A DNA stretch of 64,000 nt, taken from contig MENF01000106.1 in NCBI GenBank assembly GCA_001769035.1, positions 17 through 64,016 on the forward strand. The letters run 5' to 3'. Origin of the DNA: Bacteroidetes bacterium GWA2_32_17 (GTDB taxonomy: Bacteria > Bacteroidota > Bacteroidia > Bacteroidales > GWA2-32-17). Both the position numbers and the translations under genes were made by a program. Positions 1 to 10,464 of this stretch are shown one piece after another. Every line of letters starts with the position of its first letter. Position 1 is the first letter of the stretch. The notes under the pieces are model-generated. The model was not told the DNA's origin. It saw only the letters and a list, made by a program, of their open reading frames with translations, and did not search any database.

Positions 1-2
1 TC

Positions 3-64
3 GTTCCTACGGAACTTTATAGTTGGAATGTTTTTTTGTTGCAATAATATCATGCCTACGGCAT
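3..64. repeat. Short hairpin modules (gttcc-tac-ggaac, atgcc-tac-ggcat), a family also seen at 14999-15148 and 20860-20960
   Basis: Perfect 5-bp stems with a tac loop. The same words recur at the other loci. Confidence 0.4.
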
Positions 65-184
65 TATTTTTTACATTCAGCACATCAAAATAAAATTATC
101 CCAAAATTATTTTTATAATATTGGATTTTTATTTTTTTTGTATATTTACACAAAAATTTAAAAAAAAAATTAATAATATTTACA

Positions 185-1582
185 ATGAATAAAATTTTAC
201 TTTTTGCAATTGCAGGTGCTTTAACCCTGTCGGGTTTTGCTCAAAACGGCAATCACACCGACAAAAAAAAAGTTTTTTTAAAAAAGAAACACACCTTAAA
301 TAACAAAACAACAAGCCAAACTGCTGACACTGTTTACAGAGCAGGAATCAGAGTAAATTATTATCCCGATTATATGGATAATAATTTATGGATAAAAAAT
401 TCGGTTACCAACTACACATACGATGCAGGTGCCAGAATTACCCAGGTAATTGAGAAAGATTCATCTAACACTACAAATCAGTCAAAAACTACTTATACTT
501 ACGATAATATGTGGAATACTACTTTGCAATTAAGTCAATACTGGAATGTTAATACATGGGTAAATTCCTATCAAAATATCAGTACATATAATACACATAA
601 TGACCAAACTGAATATAAAGGTCAGCAATGGCAAAACAGTAATTGGGTTACCAACTGGGGTTATCAAGACGATTACACGTATGATGTTAATAATAATATA
701 ACTGCAGATGTTGAGAAAGAATGGAATACATACCACAACCAATATATAAATAATTGGAAATACGAAGATACTTACATCAATAATATATTAACGGAAGAAA
801 TCGGAAGTAATTGGGATACCATTAATAATATATGGCTTTATGATGAAAAATATATGGATGTTACATGGCATAATTTTACCGAATTTCAGCCTTTAACCTA
901 TACAGTGCAAAAATATGTTAGTAATAATTGGGCAAATTCCGAGAGATATACATTTACATACACCGGTAATAATTATGTTGCCGTAATAGACACCTTTGTT
1001 GGCGGAAACTGGACGCCTGATAAAAAAGAAACATATTCCGAACAGGATACTTATGGCTCTAATACATCTTTATATGAAAAATACATAAGCGATAATTGGG
1101 TAAATGACAGTAAATATACTTCTGTTTATGATAGCAAAAAAAACCAAACATCCTCTAAAGATGAGATATGGCAGGCAGGTGCATGGCATACAGATTGGGA
1201 AAGTAAATACATTTATACTTATGATTTAAATAATAGCATAACTTCTAAAATTGCACAATATTGGGATAGTCAAACTCAATTGTTAAAAAACAATTATAAA
1301 TATGTTTACAGCAATTATCAACAAATAATTGGTATTAAGGAAATAGCTGCTGACTCAAAAATTAACGTTTTTCCCAATCCTGTTACTGAAATACTAAACG
1401 TTTATAATGAAGATTATCCGTATTCAGTTACAATTTACAATATCGCAGGGCAGAAATTGTTGGATAAAACAATTGCCGATACCAATTATTCTATTGATAT
1501 ATCGGCATACCAAAAGGGAATGTATATCATTCGGGTAATTTCCAAAAATTCTGCTAAAAACAAAATAATTATAAAAGAATAA
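185..1582 (+). CDS. Secreted N/Y/W-rich repeat protein with a T9SS C-terminal sorting domain
   Basis: Signal peptide MNKILLFAIAGALTLSGFA. C-terminal ~80 aa (VFPNPVTEILNV...GMYIIRV) looks like a Por secretion tail. Confidence 0.6.
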   Translation: MNKILLFAIAGALTLSGFAQNGNHTDKKKVFLKKKHTLNNKTTSQTADTVYRAGIRVNYYPDYMDNNLWIKNSVTNYTYDAGARITQVIEKDSSNTTNQSKTTYTYDNMWNTTLQLSQYWNVNTWVNSYQNISTYNTHNDQTEYKGQQWQNSNWVTNWGYQDDYTYDVNNNITADVEKEWNTYHNQYINNWKYEDTYINNILTEEIGSNWDTINNIWLYDEKYMDVTWHNFTEFQPLTYTVQKYVSNNWANSERYTFTYTGNNYVAVIDTFVGGNWTPDKKETYSEQDTYGSNTSLYEKYISDNWVNDSKYTSVYDSKKNQTSSKDEIWQAGAWHTDWESKYIYTYDLNNSITSKIAQYWDSQTQLLKNNYKYVYSNYQQIIGIKEIAADSKINVFPNPVTEILNVYNEDYPYSVTIYNIAGQKLLDKTIADTNYSIDISAYQKGMYIIRVISKNSAKNKIIIKE

Positions 1583-1645
1583 AAATAAATCAAAGAGTTT
1601 AGAGTTTCGGGTTTTAAGTTTAGAGTTTCAAGTTTAGAGTTTGTA

Positions 1646-1735
1646 GTCATACATGGTCATACGATTGTCATACGATTGTCATACGATTGTCATACGATTG
1701 TCATACGATTGTCATACATAGTCATACAATTGTCA
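1646..1735. repeat. Tandem 10-11-bp repeat (gtcatacgatt), about 8 units
   Basis: Read directly. Preceded at 1596-1645 by 7 heptamers of form GTTTNNN. Confidence 0.9.
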
Positions 1736-1793
1736 GCATTTGTAATGCATTTAGAAAACAATTGTGTGACCATTGTGTTAACTATTGTGTGAC
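1711..1793. repeat. 83-bp imperfect-palindrome unit, copy 1 (copy 2 at 21991-22073)
   Basis: gtcatacatagtcatacaattgtcagcatttgtaatgca...caattgtgtgac... is nearly identical at both loci (2-3 mismatches). Confidence 0.9.
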
Positions 1794-1917
1794 TATTTAC
1801 TGTTTACTGTTTACTATTTCGGGTTTCGGGTTTAAAGTTTCGGGTTTATAATTTGGAACTTGGATTTTGATATTTGGAATTTTAAAAATGTGACAATTTA
1901 CAGCGTTTGCTTATAAT

Positions 1918-4062
1918 TTACAAATAATCATCAAAATACTTAGTTATTTTTTTCAATAAATGTATTCTATCCATTCCTCTAACATTATGCTCATGTTCGG
2001 GATAAAGAAAATAATCAACCAAAATTCCGTTTTCGATACATTTTTGAATAAACGATAAACTATGCTGGATAACAACAGTATTATCAATGTATCCATGAAT
2101 AATTAACAAATTGCCTTTTAAAATTTTGGCTTTATTTAATAAACTCGTATTCTCATATCCATCAGGATTTTCTTGTGGTGTGTCCATATAACGTTCGCCA
2201 TACATTACTTCGTAATATTTCCAATCAATAACAGGACCGCCAGCAACGCCGGTTTTAAAAACATCGGAAAAAGTTGTCATTAAATTAATAGTCATAAATC
2301 CGCCATAACTCCAGCCATGTACACCAATTCTTTTTTCGTCAACGTAACCAAGATTCTTTAAATATTTTACAGTTTCCATTTGGTCTAACGCTTCGTTTGT
2401 GCCAACATTACGGTGAATTACACTTTCAAATTCAAAACCTCTGTTGGCAGAACCACGATTATCAACTGTTATAACAACATACCCTTTTTGAGCCATATAG
2501 TAATCCCAAAGCGGAGCACCGCCTAACCACGAATTTTCGACCATTTGTGCATGCGGACCACCATAAACATATAATATTGCAGGATATTTTTTAGAGGCAT
2601 CAAAATTTAAAGGTTTTATAATTCGACCGTACAAATCAGTTTTTTCGTCGGTGGCTTTAATTTTAAACATTTGCATTTCGGGTAGCGAAATATCTTTTAA
2701 TGGATTTGGTGCATTAAGAATTTCTCTTACTTTTTTGCCATTAGCATCAATTAAATTATAAACATTTGGAAGTTCGGTTGAGCTATACTGGTCGATTAAA
2801 TATTTACCTGAACTACAAAACATTGCAGTATGATAACCTTGAGCGGGAGTTAAACAAATTATTTTTCCGTTTTCTAAATTAACACTATACACATTACGTT
2901 CTAACGGACTTTTTTCGGTAGAAATGTAATATGCAACTTTCTCTTCCTGATCGAATCCTAAAAAATCGGTAACAACCCATTCGCCTTTTGTTAATTGCTT
3001 AAGTAAATCGCCATTTGCATTATATAAATAAAGGTGATTATATCCATCGCGTTGACTTTGCCAAATAAAATTATCAGACGATTTTTTAAGAAATACAATA
3101 GGATTTAATGGCTCAACATATTTTTCATTTTTTTCTTCAAAAAAAGTTTTAACAAAGTCGCCTGTAGTTGCATCGTACTGATTAAATTTCATGTAATTTT
3201 GCTGAGGATTTAACACAGCTATAAAAATATATTTGTCGTCGTTGCTCCACGAAATATTTGTAAGATATTGAACAACTGGTTCGCCTGTTTTCAAATAAAT
3301 TGTTTTACCACTTTCGACTGAAAAAACACCAACTGTAACAATATGACTTTGCATACCTGCCATAGGATAGCGAATGTTTTTTAATTCGGCAATTCGGGGT
3401 TCTATATCAACTAATGGATATTCGGTAACCATAGTTTCGTCCATTCTGTAAAATGCTAATTTTTCACCAGTTGAACTCCAAAATGTACCTTTAACTATGC
3501 CAAATTCATCACGATGAACAGATTTTCCGAAAATAATACCAGTGTTCTTTTCGTTCGAAATTGCCTTCTCATTAGATTGCATATCGGAAACATACAAATT
3601 GTTTAATTTTGTATAAGCCAACATCTTAGATTCATTGCAAAAATCAATATTTTCGGTTAAACTATCTATTGTAACATATTGCTCAATTTTTTTAGAATTA
3701 ACATTAAATAAAATAATATTTTCAGTTGTTTCAATTTTTAAAAGATTTTTATTAACCCACAAAAAACTTGAATACGGGCTTGGGCTATTTAAATTATGAA
3801 CTTTAAAAGCTTTCAATATTTCGGAACTATTTAAAATTTCAGTTTTAGAACTGTCTTTTAGGTTTCCTTCAAATAAATTTCCATTTTTATTAAACGTAAA
3901 TGTTTCGGAATTTGAACGCCATTGCAATTGTTGTAAGTATTGAGGATAAAAATTTCGATATTGCCCAATTGCAGCTTCATCAATTGTTAAAATTCTTTGT
4001 TGCGAATAAACTGTTACAAAACTAATAATCAACCAAATAAGCAAAACAGATTTTTTTTTCAT
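1918..4062 (-). CDS. S9-family serine peptidase (dipeptidyl-peptidase IV-like)
   Basis: 714 aa with a signal peptide, a beta-propeller-like N-terminal part, and a C-terminal alpha/beta hydrolase with the GWSYGG nucleophile elbow. Confidence 0.85.
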   Translation of the reverse strand: MKKKSVLLIWLIISFVTVYSQQRILTIDEAAIGQYRNFYPQYLQQLQWRSNSETFTFNKNGNLFEGNLKDSSKTEILNSSEILKAFKVHNLNSPSPYSSFLWVNKNLLKIETTENIILFNVNSKKIEQYVTIDSLTENIDFCNESKMLAYTKLNNLYVSDMQSNEKAISNEKNTGIIFGKSVHRDEFGIVKGTFWSSTGEKLAFYRMDETMVTEYPLVDIEPRIAELKNIRYPMAGMQSHIVTVGVFSVESGKTIYLKTGEPVVQYLTNISWSNDDKYIFIAVLNPQQNYMKFNQYDATTGDFVKTFFEEKNEKYVEPLNPIVFLKKSSDNFIWQSQRDGYNHLYLYNANGDLLKQLTKGEWVVTDFLGFDQEEKVAYYISTEKSPLERNVYSVNLENGKIICLTPAQGYHTAMFCSSGKYLIDQYSSTELPNVYNLIDANGKKVREILNAPNPLKDISLPEMQMFKIKATDEKTDLYGRIIKPLNFDASKKYPAILYVYGGPHAQMVENSWLGGAPLWDYYMAQKGYVVITVDNRGSANRGFEFESVIHRNVGTNEALDQMETVKYLKNLGYVDEKRIGVHGWSYGGFMTINLMTTFSDVFKTGVAGGPVIDWKYYEVMYGERYMDTPQENPDGYENTSLLNKAKILKGNLLIIHGYIDNTVVIQHSLSFIQKCIENGILVDYFLYPEHEHNVRGMDRIHLLKKITKYFDDYL

Positions 4063-4119
4063 AAAACAAAATTTTGAATTAATAAGTAAATATTATATTT
4101 TCACGCCAAAAGCAAAAAA

Positions 4120-5250
4120 GTGTTATTAATAATTTCAAAGATATACTTTTTATATAAAAATATTTTAGTAGCAATATCAATGTTTAATATTTTGATATTT
4201 TCTAACTCCTTATCAATTAATAATCAGATAAAAGCAAATGAAAATTTAACAACTACAAATATAATTAAAGGTGAGAAAATTAATATAACAATTCGCATAA
4301 TACCTGAAATAGAACAAATTATGCGTGGCTATGGTTTGGTTGATATAAGCGATTTAGATTCAAACATAATTGTTAATTTACAATATGCAACCACTAACAA
4401 TTTCTTGGGAATAAATATTTATGATAATTTAACACATGCATATTTACAAAAAGAGGTAGCCGAAAAACTGATAAACGCATCAAATGATTTAATAAAAATA
4501 ATGCCAAATTACCGCATTGTAATTCTTGATGCTGCCCGCCCACTATCAATTCAGAAAAATATGTGGGATAAGGCACAAATTCCTCAGGAAATGAAAGAAA
4601 AATATTTGGCAAATCCAATATATGGCTCATTACATAATTATGGTGCTGCTGTTGATGTAACACTTGCCGACACATTAGGAAACTTTTTAGATATGGGAAC
4701 TAATTTTGACTCATTTGAAAATATAGCATACCCTTTATTTGAGCAAGATTTTATTAAATCGGGAAAATTAAACCCAACTCAAGTAAACAACCGGCTAATT
4801 TTAAGGTCGGTAATGAAACTTGCTAGCTTCTCAAGTATATCAACAGAGTGGTGGCATTTTAACTCCTGTTCAAGAGAATTTGCTAAAAAAAATTATCCTC
4901 TTATCGTGTCTCACATTTTAGCCGAAAATCCTCAACTTAATGTAAACGAAAAAATTAAAAACTCACCAAAATTAAAAGAACCGAAAGTAAACAATATAAA
5001 CTTCAGAGTACAAATTATGACTTCGGCTACAAAACTTAACAGAGCAAATAAAATTTTTAAAGGAAATGATGTTGACGAATATTTTCATAATGGGCTTTAT
5101 AAATATACAGTTGGAAAATTTAATACTCTTGAAGATGCATTTCGCGAACTTAAAAAAGCTCAAAATATTGGATTTAACGATGCTTTTATAGTGGCATTTA
5201 ATAAAAATCAAAGAATTGGAATAAAAGATGCTTCGGAACTAATTGAATAA
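4120..5250 (+). CDS. D-Ala-D-Ala dipeptidase (M15D, VanX/DdpX-like) with a C-terminal SPOR-like domain
   Basis: Motifs SLHNYGAAVDV and EWWHF are typical of VanX-type zinc dipeptidases. The C-terminal ~70 aa looks SPOR-like. The true start may be ATG at 4180. Confidence 0.6.
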   Translation: MLLIISKIYFLYKNILVAISMFNILIFSNSLSINNQIKANENLTTTNIIKGEKINITIRIIPEIEQIMRGYGLVDISDLDSNIIVNLQYATTNNFLGINIYDNLTHAYLQKEVAEKLINASNDLIKIMPNYRIVILDAARPLSIQKNMWDKAQIPQEMKEKYLANPIYGSLHNYGAAVDVTLADTLGNFLDMGTNFDSFENIAYPLFEQDFIKSGKLNPTQVNNRLILRSVMKLASFSSISTEWWHFNSCSREFAKKNYPLIVSHILAENPQLNVNEKIKNSPKLKEPKVNNINFRVQIMTSATKLNRANKIFKGNDVDEYFHNGLYKYTVGKFNTLEDAFRELKKAQNIGFNDAFIVAFNKNQRIGIKDASELIE

Positions 5251-5370
5251 TACTAATAATGAGACAGTTACATTTTATTTTAAAAATATTTTAATTATTT
5301 TACAATAAACTTTTTGTTATTTCAACTTTTTTTTCTTACTTGCATATTCTAATTAATTATATGTATCATC

Positions 5371-6285
5371 ATGTTAAGCAATAAATTACGTTCTAAAATT
5401 AAATTAGTTTCAGCAATTTTACTAATGTCAGTTGCCATTAATGGATGTAATTCAGATGGTAATAATGAAGATAAAATTGAGCAAAACATTGAATCTAACA
5501 TAGATTCAACGCAAGGAACATTGATAAAATTCGATAATACTTTATTTAGTATTCCTTCGCCTTACGAAATTGCCTTTTTAGTTAAAAACTCAAATCTTGA
5601 TTTTGACAAAAGTTTACTTAACCCTTATAACAAATCGCACAACTACACTAACAATTTTCAAAAAGCTTTAAATTTAGGTGTTTACGGAGCAAATCTTGGT
5701 TATTTGAATGTCTTTGAACAGAACTCCGAAGGAATTCAATATTTTTCTGTAATAAAAATATTATCACAGGAATTAGGTATCGAAAATGCTTTTGATAAAC
5801 AAACAATTACCCGAATTGAAAATAATTTAGGCAATAAAGATTCCTTAATGTTTATTATTTCAAATTCGTACCGTAAAGCCGACCAGTATTTAAAAGATAA
5901 TAACAGAAATGATATTGGAGTTTTAATATTAGCAGGTGGTTGGCTCGAAAGCACTTATATGCTTACTCAACTTTCTCAATCAAGTAAAAATAAAGAAATA
6001 GCTACAAGAATTGGAGAGCAAAAACACCCATTAGATAATTTAATTAAAATTTTATCACCATATTACAATCAATCAAAAGAATATGCCGAATTAATTGATG
6101 CACTTATTGATTTAGCTTACGATTTCGATGGAATTGATATTAACTATACTTATTCTGCACCTACTGTTGACGTAAAAAACAAACTAACTGTAATTAATAG
6201 TAAATCGGAATTATTAATGACCGACCAGCAGCTTAAAACAATATCAGACAAAATTAGTGCAATCAGAAAAAAAATTGTTGATTAA
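5371..6285 (+). CDS. Putative lipoprotein, function unknown
   Basis: Signal peptide with a lipobox-like AINGC. Long uninterrupted ORF. Confidence 0.4.
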   Translation: MLSNKLRSKIKLVSAILLMSVAINGCNSDGNNEDKIEQNIESNIDSTQGTLIKFDNTLFSIPSPYEIAFLVKNSNLDFDKSLLNPYNKSHNYTNNFQKALNLGVYGANLGYLNVFEQNSEGIQYFSVIKILSQELGIENAFDKQTITRIENNLGNKDSLMFIISNSYRKADQYLKDNNRNDIGVLILAGGWLESTYMLTQLSQSSKNKEIATRIGEQKHPLDNLIKILSPYYNQSKEYAELIDALIDLAYDFDGIDINYTYSAPTVDVKNKLTVINSKSELLMTDQQLKTISDKISAIRKKIVD

Positions 6286-6296
6286 AATTATTTATA

Positions 6297-6725
6297 ATGA
6301 AAAAAATAACAACCTTAGCTATTGCAGCAATTTTAGCATTGGCATTAAATACAAATAAAACCATTGCTCAGGTAGATGTAACTACTGCTTTATGTACAAA
6401 ACATATAATATCGCCATACATATCTGACGGACAACAATATAAAGCACTATTAAATAGTGAAGAAATTGCTGAATTTCATTCAACTTTTTATGGTGGAACA
6501 ACATACAGAATAACTGGTGCAACAGGTCAAACTGAAGGAAATTTAATATTTTCGTTATACGATAAAGAACGTAACCTGCTTTTCACAAATCGCGATTATC
6601 AAAATTCAATTTATTGGGATTTTAAATTTATCTCTACTATTGATTGTATAATTGAAGCCGAACTTGATGCTGCAAGTAAAGCTAAATCTGGCTTTGTAAT
6701 TATGTTAATTGGCTTTAAACAATAA
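6297..6725 (+). CDS. Small secreted protein, function unknown
   Basis: Signal peptide MKKITTLAIAAILALALNTNKTIA. Starts 11 nt after the preceding gene. Confidence 0.4.
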   Translation: MKKITTLAIAAILALALNTNKTIAQVDVTTALCTKHIISPYISDGQQYKALLNSEEIAEFHSTFYGGTTYRITGATGQTEGNLIFSLYDKERNLLFTNRDYQNSIYWDFKFISTIDCIIEAELDAASKAKSGFVIMLIGFKQ

Positions 6726-6752
6726 TATTTTGTGTAAATAAAATTATTTTTT

Positions 6753-6786
6753 AAGAGGCATTATTTGCGTAATAATGCCTCTTTTA
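6753..6786 (+). terminator. Intrinsic terminator-like hairpin
   Basis: 13-bp stem aagaggcattatt/aataatgcctctt, loop tgcgt, followed by tttt. It overlaps the non-ATG 5' extension of the ABC ORF, which argues for the ATG at 6798. Confidence 0.6.
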
Positions 6787-6797
6787 GTAAAAAGAAA

Positions 6798-9700
6798 ATG
6801 AGCGAAAGAATACTAAAAGCTTTAATGCAATTATTTGCAATTATTGCCCGACCTGAAAGTAATGCAGAAGAAAGAAGGTCGGTTGTTGGCTCATTTCTAT
6901 TGCAACAACTTAATAGTGAACTTGTAAACGAATATTTAAAAGTATTTAATAATTACTACGAACAATATCAGGCAAAGCAATCAGATTCAACACTACGTAA
7001 AAAACGAATTGCAGGCAGCTCTGTAAAAGTTTTAAAAATTTGCACAGAAATTAATGAGGAGCTTACACAAAAACAGAAAGTTATTGTGCTTGTTCGATTA
7101 CTCGAATTTATTAAATCAGATTCGGTCGAAATTTCGGAACAGGAATTAGAATTTGTTGAAACTGTTGCCGACACTTTCCATATTGTTTCAGAAGAATATG
7201 TCAGGCTAAAAGCCTTTGTTTTATATACTTTCGACGAAATACCCAATTCAACGCGCATGCTTTTGGTTGACAGTAATGATAATTTTAGCCATCCTAAAGT
7301 AAAACATTTATACCGCCCTAATCTTCAGGGACAATTACGTGTTTTTCATGTACGAATGGCAAACATGTTTTTATTGAAGTATTTGGGCGAGAGGGAGTTG
7401 TATTTAAACGGACAACTTATTCATCTTCATAAAGTTTACGTTTTAAGTAATGGAAGTTCAATACGTTCAGCAAAAATAGCACCTATATATTATTCCGATA
7501 TTCTTAGCGTTTTTAACGAAGATAAAATTAAATCAAAAATTGTTTTTGAAGCTAAAGAAGTTGAGTTTGCATTTAAAGGCGGTGGAATTGGATTACATAA
7601 AATGAGTTTTAAGGAAGAATCGGGACATTTAGTTGGAATAATGGGTGCTAGCGGTGCTGGAAAAACAACTTTACTTAATGTTTTAAATGGTTCTTACGAA
7701 CCAACTAATGGCGAAATAACAATAAATGACATAAACATTTATTCGGAAAATAAAGAAATTGAAGGGCTTATCGGCTATGTTTCGCAAGATGACCTTTTAA
7801 TTGAAGACCTTACTGTATTTCAAAATCTTTATTATAATGCTAAATTATGCTTTGATAATCTTAACCATTTTCAGATTTTGAGAATTGTTATGAAAACGTT
7901 GCAAAATTTAGGTCTCTATAAAATAAAAGACATGAAAGTTGGTACTCCTCTTAACAAAAAAATTAGTGGGGGTCAGCGTAAACGCTTAAATATTGCACTT
8001 GAACTAATTAGAGAACCATCAATACTTTTCCTCGACGAACCAACTTCGGGTTTATCTTCAAGAGATTCTGAAAATATACTCGATTTACTTAAAGAATTAG
8101 CATTAAAAGGGAAATTAGTATTTGTTGTTATACATCAACCATCGTCAGATATTTTTAAAATGTTCGATAAACTATTGATACTTGATACTGGTGGATACCT
8201 TATATATGATGGAGACCCTGTTGACTCAATAATATACTTTAAATCTCGCACACATCAAGCAAACTGGAGCGAAAGCGAATGTCTTACCTGCGGTAATGTT
8301 AACCCCGAACAAATTTTCAATATTGTTGAAGCAAACGTACTTGATGAATATGGTAATCAAACTCATACACGAAAAATATCACCAATTGAATGGCTTCAAC
8401 GCTATGATAAACATCATATTACAACTAATGAAAACAACGACAAATCAAGTTATAAAATACCTGAAATATTTTTTAAAGTTCCTGGAAAAATAAAACAATT
8501 TAAAGTTTTTGTTATCCGTGATGTTCTTTCAAAAATTTCAAACTCACAGTATTTATTAATAAACTTATTAGAAGCACCGCTTTTATCTTTTATATTATCA
8601 TTTATAATAAGGTATTACAATGTTGATATTACAAACGATTCGGGATATACATTTAGCGAAAATTCTAATGTGCCAATATTCATGTTTATGTCAGTTATTA
8701 TCTCAATTTTTGTTGGGTTAACAGTGAGTGCCGAAGAAATTTTCAGAGACAGAAAAATTAGAAAGCGTGAAAAATATTTGAATTTAAGCTGGGGCAGTTA
8801 TTTATTTTCTAAAGTTTTTATTTTAACAATAATTTCGGCGATTCAAGCTGCATTATTTGTTGCAATCGGAAATTCAATATTAGAAATTCACGGTATGTAT
8901 TGGCAATATTGGTTAGTGCTTTTTAGCGCCTGGGTATTTTCTAACTTACTTGGACTCAATATCTCAGATGCTTTTAATTCAGCAGTAACAATATACATAT
9001 TAATACCTTTCCTTGTAATTCCTCAACTTATTTTGAGTGGTATAATAGTGAAGTTCGATAAACTTAATCCCGATGTTAGCAGCCCAAGTCATATTCCAAT
9101 ATACGGGCAGATTATTACTGCCCGGTGGGCTTATGAAGCCCTTGCAGTATATCAGTTCCGCGAGAACAAATATGAAAAGCAATTTTATCCTTACGAAAAA
9201 ATTACATGTTCGGCAAATTTCAAAAAAGACTTTTGGTTGCGTTCTCTTCGTAATAAAGTTGCCGATGTTAAGCGTGTATTAGGCATTAAAGAAAAACAAA
9301 AAGATGTAATTGATGATGCATTGTTATTATTACGCAATGAGTTATCGGTTGAAACAACATTAAATAAAAAAGTTGCATTTCCAGTAAAAATTAACGATTT
9401 AGTTTACAATAAAATAAACGACAAAACTTTAGATAAGCTAAGCCTGTATTTTGATGAATTAAATAAATATTATATTCAAAAATTTAATAAAGCCAGCGAA
9501 GCTAAAGATAGGATTTACAATAAGTTTCAAAAAAATGGAAAAGACAAACTAAAGTTTATTCAGCTTAAAAAAGATTATTATAACGAAAGTTTGAAAGAAT
9601 TTGTAAAGAATGAAAACGAAATGAATAAAATTGTAGAATATAATCACCATTTATATCAAAAAGCTGACCCTATATTTTACGACCCGCAAGGTGGTGTGCT

Positions 9701-9902
9701 GGATTCGCATTTTTATGCACCACGTAAGAAAATTTTTGGGACTTATTTCGACACATTCTGGGTTAACATTATTATTATATGGTTAATGTCAATTTTGTTA
9801 TTTATAACTTTATATTATAACTTACTAAGAAAAACTCTTGAAATAGGCGATTGGGTTTCGGAAATAATGAAAAAAAGGAAAAAAATAAAAGCCAGTTTAT
9901 AG
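6798..9902 (+). CDS. ABC transporter, fused ATPase + ABC-2 type permease (ABCG-like) with a long N-terminal regulatory region
   Basis: Walker A GASGAGKTT, signature SGGQRKR, Walker B ILFLDEPT, C-terminal multi-TM region. Start moved to ATG 6798 because of the upstream terminator. Confidence 0.85.
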   Translation: MSERILKALMQLFAIIARPESNAEERRSVVGSFLLQQLNSELVNEYLKVFNNYYEQYQAKQSDSTLRKKRIAGSSVKVLKICTEINEELTQKQKVIVLVRLLEFIKSDSVEISEQELEFVETVADTFHIVSEEYVRLKAFVLYTFDEIPNSTRMLLVDSNDNFSHPKVKHLYRPNLQGQLRVFHVRMANMFLLKYLGERELYLNGQLIHLHKVYVLSNGSSIRSAKIAPIYYSDILSVFNEDKIKSKIVFEAKEVEFAFKGGGIGLHKMSFKEESGHLVGIMGASGAGKTTLLNVLNGSYEPTNGEITINDINIYSENKEIEGLIGYVSQDDLLIEDLTVFQNLYYNAKLCFDNLNHFQILRIVMKTLQNLGLYKIKDMKVGTPLNKKISGGQRKRLNIALELIREPSILFLDEPTSGLSSRDSENILDLLKELALKGKLVFVVIHQPSSDIFKMFDKLLILDTGGYLIYDGDPVDSIIYFKSRTHQANWSESECLTCGNVNPEQIFNIVEANVLDEYGNQTHTRKISPIEWLQRYDKHHITTNENNDKSSYKIPEIFFKVPGKIKQFKVFVIRDVLSKISNSQYLLINLLEAPLLSFILSFIIRYYNVDITNDSGYTFSENSNVPIFMFMSVIISIFVGLTVSAEEIFRDRKIRKREKYLNLSWGSYLFSKVFILTIISAIQAALFVAIGNSILEIHGMYWQYWLVLFSAWVFSNLLGLNISDAFNSAVTIYILIPFLVIPQLILSGIIVKFDKLNPDVSSPSHIPIYGQIITARWAYEALAVYQFRENKYEKQFYPYEKITCSANFKKDFWLRSLRNKVADVKRVLGIKEKQKDVIDDALLLLRNELSVETTLNKKVAFPVKINDLVYNKINDKTLDKLSLYFDELNKYYIQKFNKASEAKDRIYNKFQKNGKDKLKFIQLKKDYYNESLKEFVKNENEMNKIVEYNHHLYQKADPIFYDPQGGVLDSHFYAPRKKIFGTYFDTFWVNIIIIWLMSILLFITLYYNLLRKTLEIGDWVSEIMKKRKKIKASL

Positions 9903-10055
9903 TTTCAGGTTTATGGTTTAACCACAAACTATAAATATAAAACTAAAAAAGATATGAATCCAGAATGGAAAGATTTGAGTTTTGAGGTTGAAAATTGGTA
10001 GTGTTTCTTTAATGAAATGACAAGTCAAGCCCGCCATGACGTAGTAACTAGTATT

Positions 10056-10436
10056 TTATTCTTCTATTTCAATCATTTTAAAAGGAACTTTAATAATTGA
10101 TTGATAATCTTCACCAGCTTCAAGCATATCTTCATCATCTTCTTCGTAATACCAATTAATTACAATATTACTACCTGCTTTTGAAATATTTTCAAGTTTT
10201 TTGAAAATATCAAGAATACACTTTGATGAACTTGTATTAAAATATTCTAATTGAATATTTACGATTGTATTTGCTAGTGGAGCAGTTGCATAAGCTTCCA
10301 ACCATTCAACCAAAAGTCTGTAAAATTCAATCGAATTTTCGGGAATTGATCTTCCTTTAATTTCTATTTTACCAGCAACAGCATCAAAATTTATGCTGGG
10401 AGTTTTAGGTGTTCCTTCAATTACTATTGTATCCAT
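10056..10436 (-). CDS. DUF1987 / SiaC-like partner-switch phosphoprotein
   Basis: 126 aa. N-terminal IEGTPKTPSINFD...GKIEIKGRSIPEN pattern recalled for the SiaC family. Adjacent to a SiaB-like gene. Confidence 0.55.
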   Translation of the reverse strand: MDTIVIEGTPKTPSINFDAVAGKIEIKGRSIPENSIEFYRLLVEWLEAYATAPLANTIVNIQLEYFNTSSSKCILDIFKKLENISKAGSNIVINWYYEEDDEDMLEAGEDYQSIIKVPFKMIEIEE

Positions 10437-10464
10437 ATTTTTTTTTTTAGTGGTTAAAGATATG

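Noticed and set aside
1646-1735. Possible CRISPR array (also considered for 22111-22390 and 62258-62346)
   Set aside because: Units are 7-23 bp and contiguous, with no unique spacers. No cas genes are in the window. These are simple tandem repeats.
6765-6797. Non-ATG 5' extension of the ABC transporter ORF
   Set aside because: It overlaps a 13-bp-stem terminator hairpin belonging to the upstream gene. ATG 6798 is preferred.
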